Assembly (NCBI GenBank): GCA_009777915.1
Contig: WRKV01000001.1
Coordinates: 1-56,958 of the forward strand
DNA: 56,958 nucleotides
Origin: Bacteroidales bacterium
GTDB lineage: Bacteria; Bacteroidota; Bacteroidia; Bacteroidales; P3
Direction of reading: 5' to 3'
How positions within the stretch are numbered: the first letter of the stretch is position 1; each line of letters opens with the position of its first letter. A program made the position numbers and the translations under genes. Positions 1 through 6,840 of the stretch are shown here, in pieces. The notes below the pieces were generated by a model, which did not search any database, was not told the origin of the DNA, and saw only the letters and a program-made list of their open reading frames with translations.

Positions 1-2
1 CT

Positions 3-32
3 AATACTTTTTTTGAGAGCAAAAAAAGTATT
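3..32. repeat. perfect hairpin: 12-bp arms AATACTTTTTTT / AAAAAAAGTATT with a 6-nt loop
   Basis: The arms are exact reverse complements on direct reading. Confidence 0.7.
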
Positions 33-59
33 CAAAAAAACTCTTTGCAGGAAATACGT

Positions 60-286
60 CGCCGCTACGCTCTGACATTTCCTGCGGTAACGTATTCGTC
101 GCTACGCTCCTCATAATTGATAACGCTTCGCCTCTCGCCCTGAAAGGGCAAAATCAATAACGTAGGGCAAAAAATTCTCCTCCTTTGGAGGAGTACGGCG
201 AAGCCGGGAGGTGGTTTATGACCATCGCTGGCGGGGTTTATGACCACCCCGGCACTTCGTGCCACCCCTCCAAAGGAGGGGAATTC
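60..286. repeat. mosaic of short intergenic repeat modules
   Basis: Direct repeats cgYcgctacgctc (x2) and ggtttatgacca (x2). Mini-hairpins ctcctcc-ttt-ggaggag (177-193) and cccctcc-aaa-ggagggg (265-281). GGCGAAGC core at 197-204 and its complement at 125-132. Confidence 0.6.
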
Positions 287-357
287 AATTTACGATTTAC
301 GGATTTACGATTTACTATTGGGCGAAGCGTAAATTGTACATTTGTAAATCGTACATT
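287..357. repeat. imperfect 'word' hairpin: 29-nt arms built of TTTACGA/GTAAATC-type heptads, loop containing GGCGAAGC
   Basis: Left arm aatttacgatttacggatttacgatttac. The reverse complement of the right arm is aatgtacgatttacaaatgtacaatttac (about 23/29 match). Loop tattgggcgaagc. The left arm recurs, inverted, at 56925-56958. Confidence 0.65.
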
Positions 358-360
358 GGA

Positions 361-395
361 ACGACTATTCACTAATCACTATTCACTAATCACTA
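361..395 (-). repeat. heptamer array TAGTGAT/TAGTGAA (about 4.5 units) starting at the stop codon of the FISUMP gene
   Basis: The minus strand reads TAG TGATTAG TGAATAG TGATTAG TGAATAG. The first TAG is the stop codon at 393-395. Stops occur in all three frames. Confidence 0.7.
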
Positions 396-1343
396 AGGTA
401 CATCCCGCACACAACGCAGGGAACGCCCGTAACCCTTGTTGCCCCAACCCTGCGGGTAGATATGGCCATTTGTATCGAAGGTAAAACGGAACCCAAGATC
501 CGTGTTGTTCTCCGACTGCGACCAGTAGACCTCGCTGAAATCTTGATTGTACAGCGAGCCGACCGAAGTGCAGAGGCCTCCGTAAGTACCACCCCACGTA
601 GTGAGATAGGTGTCAAGTTGAACCTGCCAAGACGTATCATTAACCGTTTCTTGATAACGATTCTGACCGTTAAAACCTAAAGCGATATCCAAGTTACGAA
701 AATCAGCAGAATCCGGAATTCGCCAACCATCAGGACAAATATTTTCTACTTCGGCAACAGCATGCCAAGAAAATAAATCACCTTTTTGGTAGGGATTGGA
801 GCGGCAATCAACATTGTAAGAACTCGTTGTAGAATTCCAACCACTAAAAGTGGCTTTACTACTACAATCAACCGTCTGAACAGCATCCGACCACTCTTGA
901 GTAATACCATTTCCGGGAATTTTCCAAGTGGAATCGGTGGCAAAAGAGGCTTTACCAAGAGATGTCTCCCAAATGGTTTCACTCACGGTTACAAGGCAAG
1001 TGGCGGTTTTTTCACCGTCTTGCGTGATAACAGTAATAGTTGCCGTGCCAATGGCAAGAGCAGTAAGTTTTCCGTTGACAACCGAAACGGTGTTGGGTGC
1101 ACTCGAAATCCACGATACGGTTTTGTTGCTTGCAGATACGGTTTTGTTGGTTATACTGTCGGGCAATACAGTAGCAATAAGCGTAAGCGTGTCACCAATG
1201 TTGAAGATGGCAGCAATGTGGTTCAGCGATACACCGGTAACAGGCACATAGGGTGTTTCTATGCTATTGGTGCTGGGCTCTTTGTCACAAGAAATTGCGA
1301 ATGCAAACGATAAAATCATCACAGAATAAAGGAATTTTTTCAT
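393..1343 (-). CDS. lipoprotein with Big_2-like Ig domain and C-terminal FISUMP (TIGR02145-like) domain
   Basis: 316-aa ORF with a signal peptide and lipobox (SFAFAISC). Ig-like segment VTGVSLN...ATITVITQDGEKTATCLVTV. FISUMP hallmarks CPDGWRIPDSADFRNL and terminal GRSLRCVRDVP. Confidence 0.8.
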   Translation of the reverse strand: MKKFLYSVMILSFAFAISCDKEPSTNSIETPYVPVTGVSLNHIAAIFNIGDTLTLIATVLPDSITNKTVSASNKTVSWISSAPNTVSVVNGKLTALAIGTATITVITQDGEKTATCLVTVSETIWETSLGKASFATDSTWKIPGNGITQEWSDAVQTVDCSSKATFSGWNSTTSSYNVDCRSNPYQKGDLFSWHAVAEVENICPDGWRIPDSADFRNLDIALGFNGQNRYQETVNDTSWQVQLDTYLTTWGGTYGGLCTSVGSLYNQDFSEVYWSQSENNTDLGFRFTFDTNGHIYPQGWGNKGYGRSLRCVRDVP

Positions 1344-1398
1344 AGTTTTTTTTATGTTATTATATTTTGTTTAATTATGTTTTCAATTTTTAGACAAT

Positions 1399-1585
1399 AA
1401 AAAAAACGGACTTAACAAATCCGTCGCAGAGGTATTAGGAAACCCATATACAAGAATAAGCAAGCCCGCAGTGCAGGCGTTACAGTCTCTTGTATATTCA
1501 GAAATTCCTAATTTTCTACGACAAGAATAGCAACCGCTATATTATATTTTCGTTTATTTCATGGTTTGTTTTTTGGTTAAAATGT
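1399..1585 (-). promoter_or_regulatory. conserved structured 5' leader: mini-ORF ATGAAATAA, long hairpin, intrinsic terminator. Candidate attenuator, riboswitch or sRNA. Copy 1.
   Basis: Homologous to 54915-55108. Helices attaggaa/ttcctaat (1505-1512/1434-1441), atatacaaga/tcttgtatat (1488-1497/1446-1455) and apical gcctgc-act-gcgggc (1464-1478). Terminator acgga...tccgt plus T8 (1399-1424). Confidence 0.65.
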
Positions 1586-1589
1586 TTTG

Positions 1590-1597
1590 CAAAGGTA
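1590..1597 (-). promoter_or_regulatory. Bacteroidetes -7 promoter box TAccTTTG
   Basis: Match to TAnnTTTG upstream of the leader and FISUMP gene. Confidence 0.55.
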
Positions 1598-1713
1598 CGA
1601 AAAGTTTTTGACATATAAAAAAAATTTTGTTCAATTCAGATATTTTTTGTATCTTACAAACGGAAATAAGTACGGGATAATAAATTGCACAGCACCTAAC
1701 TAACGGTTCGGCA

Positions 1714-2799
1714 CTACGCCAAGCCGTTGCCAAGATACACGCAACCGCCAATGTTGTCGCGGGTTGCACCGGTAACATCGGCTAAACAATTCACCTCTCC
1801 ACGAAGGCGTAACACACCGAGAAAAGCAAAAATCAACGCCTCTTTGAAATCCATAATGAGCGGATTGGTTTCCTCGATTTTGCACAAACAATGTTGCTTA
1901 ATTTTCGACATTAAAAAATCGTTCTTTGCCCCGCCACCTGTAACAAGCATGGTTTTTTCGGAAACGTTTTTTTGTTTATTCACAACGTTGGAAATTTGTT
2001 CGGCAATATGTTCGCAAACCGTATGTAATTGGTCTGCAACCGAACAATCTGACCCATTCAAAATCGGCAAAAAATTAGTCTCAAACCACTCAAACCCCAA
2101 GGATTTCGGCGGCGACTGTTTGAAAAAATCCAAACCATTTAATTGCGATAATAAGTCCGAATTTAAGGTTCCGGATGCCGCGATAGCTCCGTTTTTATCA
2201 AAAAGTAAATTTTTGGCAAAAACCAAATTGTTCAATGCCATATTGCAAACGCAAATATCAAACGCAATTGTTTTTTGGTTTTCGGTAAATGAGATATTGG
2301 CAATGCCGCCTAAATTCAAACGAAAATCTACGGTATTAAACAGCAATTTATCGCCAATCGGAACCAACGGAGCACCTTGTCCGCCAAGGGCTACATCGAT
2401 ATTCCGAAATTGTGCAACCACCGGACATTTCACATAACTTGCAACAGCCGCACCATCACCAATTTGCAAGGTGAGTTTTTTTTCCGTTTGATGAAAAATC
2501 GTGTGTCCGTGAATGGAAATCAAATCAACTTGCAAATTATTTTTTTGAATAAATTTTTGAATCGCTTGTCCTAAAAAATGTCCGTAATCCGAATTCAACA
2601 ACGCCAACGCTAACCCCGAAACATTCACGGCATTTTTCAAACGTCCTTTCAAAACATCAGAATATTCAATGGTTTCAGCAATTACAATGTTGTAGTTCCA
2701 TTGCGAATTTTCAAAACGAAATTCACAAAAAGCCAAGTCCAAACCATCTAACGATGTTCCGGACATGGCACCGATTACGTTATAAAAATTGGTTTTCAC
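1714..2799 (-). CDS. anmK: anhydro-N-acetylmuramic acid kinase
   Basis: 361 aa. N-terminal VIGAMSGTSLDGLDLA motif and length typical of AnmK. GTG start overlaps the murF stop (GTGA). Confidence 0.88.
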   Translation of the reverse strand: MKTNFYNVIGAMSGTSLDGLDLAFCEFRFENSQWNYNIVIAETIEYSDVLKGRLKNAVNVSGLALALLNSDYGHFLGQAIQKFIQKNNLQVDLISIHGHTIFHQTEKKLTLQIGDGAAVASYVKCPVVAQFRNIDVALGGQGAPLVPIGDKLLFNTVDFRLNLGGIANISFTENQKTIAFDICVCNMALNNLVFAKNLLFDKNGAIAASGTLNSDLLSQLNGLDFFKQSPPKSLGFEWFETNFLPILNGSDCSVADQLHTVCEHIAEQISNVVNKQKNVSEKTMLVTGGGAKNDFLMSKIKQHCLCKIEETNPLIMDFKEALIFAFLGVLRLRGEVNCLADVTGATRDNIGGCVYLGNGLA

Positions 2800-4073
2800 A
2801 ATACATCAATTACGGTTTCCAAATGTATGCTACGCGAACCTTTGATTAAAAATAAATAACGGTCAAACATCTGTCTATTCAAGAAACTGCGGGCTTCTTC
2901 GGCATTTTCGAATGTGGCAGTATGTCCGGACGAAAGCGATTGAAAATTTTTTCCAACGAAAACTCCTTCGTTCAAACCTAATTTTTGGACTAAAGAAAAA
3001 ATGCGTTGATGCTCAACCAAACTTTCATGTCCGAGTTCCAACATATCGCCAAGCACAAAAAATTTCTTTTCGAAATCTAATGCTGCAAAACTCTCCAAAG
3101 CCACAGCCATACTGGTTGGATTGGCATTGTAAGCATCTAAAATCAGCGTGTTTTTATTGGTCTTGACTAATTGCGAACGATTGTTAGATGGCGTGTAATA
3201 CTCCAATCCATATTTGATATTTTCAATCGAAATTTTGAAGTATTCGCCGATAACACAAGCTGCCAAAATATTGTTGAAATTATATTCGCCGATGAGTTGA
3301 GTGCGGATAATTTGAGATTGGTAATCCAAATTTACAAAAACACCGCTGTCAACCAAACTACCTGTAAAATCAGCCTGTTTCTCTCCAAATGTTACTCGTT
3401 TTTGTTGTTTGGAATGTGTCATCAATTCGGGAATTTGATTATTCACAAACACTAAACCTTTGTTTTTTTTCACCGCACGAAACAACGCCGTTTTGGTTTT
3501 CACGATAGTTTCAAAACTTCCGAAACCCTCTAAATGAGCCATTCCCAGACTTGTAATCAGTCCGAAATTCGGTTGTGAAATGTTGCATAATTCTGCAATT
3601 TCACCGACGTGATTTGCACCCATTTCCACAATCAAAATCTCCGTATCTTTCGGTGTGGATAAAATCGTTAACGGCACGCCAATATGATTGTTGTAATTGC
3701 CTTGTGTAGCGTGGGTTTTGAACTGTGTCGAAAGTACCGCATGAATCAATTCTTTGCTGGTGGTTTTTCCGTTGCTTCCGGTGATTCCGATCACCGGAAT
3801 TTTTAGTTGTTTACGATGATGAGCTGCCAAATTTTGCAAGGCTTTGAGAACATCATCGACCAAGAAAAAACGTTTGTCAACAGCCACATTCGGGTCGTCT
3901 ACAACAGCTAAAGCACAACCACCATCCAATGCGGAACCGGCAAAAACATTCGCATTAAATCGCTCGCCTTTGAGTGCGAAAAATATAGAATTAGGTATCA
4001 AGTTTCGAGTATCCGTCGAAATCACAGGATGCTTCAGATACTGAGCATATAGACTTTCGAGAGAATATGTCAT
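2796..4073 (-). CDS. murF: UDP-N-acetylmuramoyl-tripeptide--D-alanyl-D-alanine ligase
   Basis: 425 aa. Mur ligase P-loop GITGSNGKTTSKE. Overall MurF-like layout. Confidence 0.9.
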   Translation of the reverse strand: MTYSLESLYAQYLKHPVISTDTRNLIPNSIFFALKGERFNANVFAGSALDGGCALAVVDDPNVAVDKRFFLVDDVLKALQNLAAHHRKQLKIPVIGITGSNGKTTSKELIHAVLSTQFKTHATQGNYNNHIGVPLTILSTPKDTEILIVEMGANHVGEIAELCNISQPNFGLITSLGMAHLEGFGSFETIVKTKTALFRAVKKNKGLVFVNNQIPELMTHSKQQKRVTFGEKQADFTGSLVDSGVFVNLDYQSQIIRTQLIGEYNFNNILAACVIGEYFKISIENIKYGLEYYTPSNNRSQLVKTNKNTLILDAYNANPTSMAVALESFAALDFEKKFFVLGDMLELGHESLVEHQRIFSLVQKLGLNEGVFVGKNFQSLSSGHTATFENAEEARSFLNRQMFDRYLFLIKGSRSIHLETVIDVL

Positions 4074-4085
4074 ACCTTTATAGTA

Positions 4086-5579
4086 CTATTGTCTTGCTCG
4101 AGCACCCGACTGAGTTGCCGAACCAATGCGCGACATCGCACAACGGAATCCAATCCAAGCCTCGCTACGATCCTGATCCAAGAATCTACGACCTGCGGGA
4201 GATAGCCAATACGCACGATCTCTGTAAGAACCACCTTTGACGACTCGAGAATTATCGTTAATTAAAGAACTTCTCTCATCATACACTTTATCCGTTGTAC
4301 TACCGCTTTCATCGGCAAGAGCCAACCAATCATCGGAAATAGTCGATGCAAAATCTCCATCGCGGAAATTTCGGTTATCTGCTTGTTGGAAATTACGACG
4401 ATCGCCAATTTGTTCGGTGGTCATTTCTTGGAAACGAATACGTCCCAAACTATCTTTTTCTGCAACTTCTCCATCTTCATCACGAACTTTCGTCATGTAG
4501 ACATTTCCTCTGAAAGGGTTCATTCCGTGGGCTTCTTCGAATGTCAACGGACGATACACGTCCATGACCCATTCGCTAACGTTTGCAGCCATATTGTACA
4601 AACCGAAATCGTTCGGAGCATAAGAATAAACCGGAGCAGTGTAATCGGCACCATCATTCAAACTTCCTGCAACACCCATGAAATCGCCACGTCCGCGAGC
4701 AAAATTCGCACGCATTTCTCCCATGTGATTTCTGTCGCTCATGCGAACATTGGAGCCGTTCCAAGGATAAACACGACGTTCGATAACGCGTTCATCAAAG
4801 GTATTGCCTTTCAAACCGTAAGCGGCATATTCCCATTCAGCCTCAGTCGGCAAACGGAAATTCGGCAACAAAATACCATCTCTCAATTGAACTCCGCGTC
4901 TCTTTTCCGTGGCATTCGGATTCATATCCGGCAATTGTCTTCTGACCAAACCTACATATTGGTTATTCAAGTAGGCTGCGGTGTTGAAGTGATTGTCGGG
5001 AGTTTGTGCAGGATCAATTTGAAGGAATCCCATACGAATCAAAATGTCTTCGTTCACACGGTCGGTACGCCAAATGCAGTAATCATTGGCTTGTTCCCAA
5101 GTTACACCAATAACAGGATAATCGTTGTAAGCCGGATAAGTGAGGTAAAATTCCACCAAATGCTCAACATAAGCATCTACTCTACGCCAAGCCAATTCAT
5201 CGGGGTGAGCACGACGAACAACTTCCGGAAAGTCTTGTCCGTAGATACGATCCAACCAAAACAGATACTCGTTGTAGTCGATGTTTCGTACTTCAATTTC
5301 GTCCATATAAAAAGACGAAATGGAAACACGGCGGGGAATCATGTCCCAACTGTTCATCAGATCGATCTGATTAGAGCCCATTACAAACGAACCGCCTTCG
5401 ATAAACACCATACCATTCGGAGTTTGTTGTTCATGGGCATGAAGTACTTGAAAACCACCCCACTTCGGGTCGTTCACGTTCCAACCTGTTTTGGACGACT
5501 GCTCTTTTGAGGACGAACAGCCCGTTAGGAATGCCACTGAAATCAGGGCAATAATGCTGAAAATTTTTCTAATGTTCAT
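4086..5579 (-). CDS. gldJ: gliding motility lipoprotein GldJ (FGE-sulfatase/SUMF1-like fold)
   Basis: 497 aa. Lipobox FLTGC. GMVFIEGGSFVMG...FYMDEIEVRNIDY pattern typical of GldJ. Adjacent to murF, as in Flavobacterium. Confidence 0.78.
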   Translation of the reverse strand: MNIRKIFSIIALISVAFLTGCSSSKEQSSKTGWNVNDPKWGGFQVLHAHEQQTPNGMVFIEGGSFVMGSNQIDLMNSWDMIPRRVSISSFYMDEIEVRNIDYNEYLFWLDRIYGQDFPEVVRRAHPDELAWRRVDAYVEHLVEFYLTYPAYNDYPVIGVTWEQANDYCIWRTDRVNEDILIRMGFLQIDPAQTPDNHFNTAAYLNNQYVGLVRRQLPDMNPNATEKRRGVQLRDGILLPNFRLPTEAEWEYAAYGLKGNTFDERVIERRVYPWNGSNVRMSDRNHMGEMRANFARGRGDFMGVAGSLNDGADYTAPVYSYAPNDFGLYNMAANVSEWVMDVYRPLTFEEAHGMNPFRGNVYMTKVRDEDGEVAEKDSLGRIRFQEMTTEQIGDRRNFQQADNRNFRDGDFASTISDDWLALADESGSTTDKVYDERSSLINDNSRVVKGGSYRDRAYWLSPAGRRFLDQDRSEAWIGFRCAMSRIGSATQSGARARQ

Positions 5580-5635
5580 GTTATTTTGAATTTTAGATTG
5601 TTTATGTTATGTGCACATTTGTGTGCTTGGGTTTG

Positions 5636-5643
5636 CAAAGATA
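5636..5643 (-). promoter_or_regulatory. -7 promoter box TAtcTTTG (gldJ-murF-anmK unit)
   Basis: caaagata on the + strand, 57 nt upstream of the gldJ ATG. Confidence 0.55.
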
Positions 5644-5675
5644 CGAATTTTTTTTGAAAAAAACTACTTTTTTGG

Positions 5676-6689
5676 TTAAAAACTTGGACAATTTATTTTT
5701 TTTACTCTTACTTTAGGCTCTCGGCAAGGTAGCAAATAAGACATGGACAGTTCGTGAGAACCTCCTGAAATTCGATATAACTTACTGACAGACAAATCAT
5801 AACTATATCCAACACTTAACGTGTTGTGCTTAAATCCGACCAAAAAAGTCAACGATTCGGGTCGATTGAATGAAATCGTTTGGCGATACCAAAGTCCAAA
5901 GACTATCGAAGGGAGGATATTGTTGGCATACATACCATAATTGATCTGCTGAGCCGTGCCTTGTTGTTGATAGATGATATTCGGCGAAAGCGTTGGTGCG
6001 TTGGCATCTCTGAAACGCCGTTGTTTGGGGAGTAAATCAATAACTGCACCTGCGTGAATGGTATATTTCATAGGTAGTTTGGCAATACCACCTCTGGTAA
6101 GAGCCTCGTTAGGTGTACCCAAATGATGTATGGCAAAACCGGCATAAAAATTTTCGCTGTATCCGACAATTCCAGTCGAAAAATCTGCATATTTTTTGCT
6201 GATTGGCATTTCCGGAAAATTGCCGTGTTCATCGGAACGAGGTTTATGCAAACCTATGTCGGAAAGAAACTGGTCGGGAAACGTGAGATTGTCCCAGTCA
6301 ACACGACGATTGACAAATGAGGCTTGCACGGCGGTTTTGATGGCAAATACATCATTAACTTCGAGGCTGTAGGAATAGATAACACCCACATTGGTAGTGG
6401 AATAACTACCGTTTCCTTCTCTCAAATTAGTTACAACAAATCCGAGTGCTCCCGACAAATCGTCGAAATGTTGGTCGTATGAAGCGTTCACAGTTGAAAA
6501 TGCTCCGGGAATCATCGACCATTGGTTGCGATAATTAACTGAAAGACGACCACATTTCATGGCACCTGCCAAACCCGGATTGGTGTACAACGGTGCGGCA
6601 TAAAATTGACTGAAAATAGCGTCTTGTCCACTCGAAAAGAGTGTACAAAACAGCAAAAAAACAACCAAAATGCACTTTATTCGCATCAT
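5676..6689 (-). CDS. type IX secretion system membrane protein, PorP/SprF family
   Basis: N-terminal signal, then QDAIFSQFYAAPLYTNPGLAG (PorP/SprF signature). The start was moved to the ATG at 6689 because the TTG at 6713 lies inside the promoter box. Confidence 0.78.
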   Translation of the reverse strand: MMRIKCILVVFLLFCTLFSSGQDAIFSQFYAAPLYTNPGLAGAMKCGRLSVNYRNQWSMIPGAFSTVNASYDQHFDDLSGALGFVVTNLREGNGSYSTTNVGVIYSYSLEVNDVFAIKTAVQASFVNRRVDWDNLTFPDQFLSDIGLHKPRSDEHGNFPEMPISKKYADFSTGIVGYSENFYAGFAIHHLGTPNEALTRGGIAKLPMKYTIHAGAVIDLLPKQRRFRDANAPTLSPNIIYQQQGTAQQINYGMYANNILPSIVFGLWYRQTISFNRPESLTFLVGFKHNTLSVGYSYDLSVSKLYRISGGSHELSMSYLLPCREPKVRVKKINCPSF

Positions 6690-6710
6690 ATCATTCAGAT
6701 AATTAACCCA

Positions 6711-6718
6711 CAAAGATA
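6711..6718 (-). promoter_or_regulatory. -7 promoter box TAtcTTTG
   Basis: caaagata on the + strand, 22 nt upstream of the ATG at 6689. Confidence 0.5.
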
Positions 6719-6790
6719 CGAAATAATCGGGAACTTTGCAAGTTTTTTCTTATATTTACGTAAAAAAAGAAAAAAAGTTACGTTGCTGCA

Positions 6791-6823
6791 AAAAAAAAAG
6801 ACGAACTGATGTTCGTCTTTTTT
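6791..6823 (-). terminator. intrinsic terminator (bidirectional form) after the glycogen operon
   Basis: Hairpin agacgaac-tgat-gttcgtct, flanked by an A9 run on one side and a T-run on the other. Confidence 0.7.
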
Positions 6824-6840
6824 ATTAAAAATGTTAGAAC

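Noticed and set aside
393-581. The idea that the two FISUMP 3' islands (393-581 and 56567-56764) are a DGR template/variable repeat pair of each other.
   Set aside because: The aligned segments differ in length (40 versus 39 codons between YWS and RCV) and differ at many non-adenine positions. They are ordinary paralogs.
65-640. Short ORFs (65-265, 185-484, 379-597, 386-640, 462-680) in and around the left repeat zone.
   Set aside because: They run through palindromic or tandem repeats or antisense to the FISUMP gene. Their peptides (e.g. ..EERSDE.., ..PSKGGEF..) are what these repeats translate to, not genes.
1646-1660. The + strand promoter-like tttgtatcttacaaa between anmK and the leader promoter.
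   Set aside because: The box reads TAtcTTAC, not TAnnTTTG. There is no + strand gene downstream; it would only produce antisense to anmK.
4383-5510. A 375-aa ORF on the + strand inside gldJ. Similar long antisense ORFs occur at 1727-2437, 32495-33293, 46831-47538, 51485-52051 and 52942-53409.
   Set aside because: These lie entirely antisense to genes with clear homology-type motifs. Their translations are low-complexity or biased and have no recognisable motifs. They are typical shadow ORFs.
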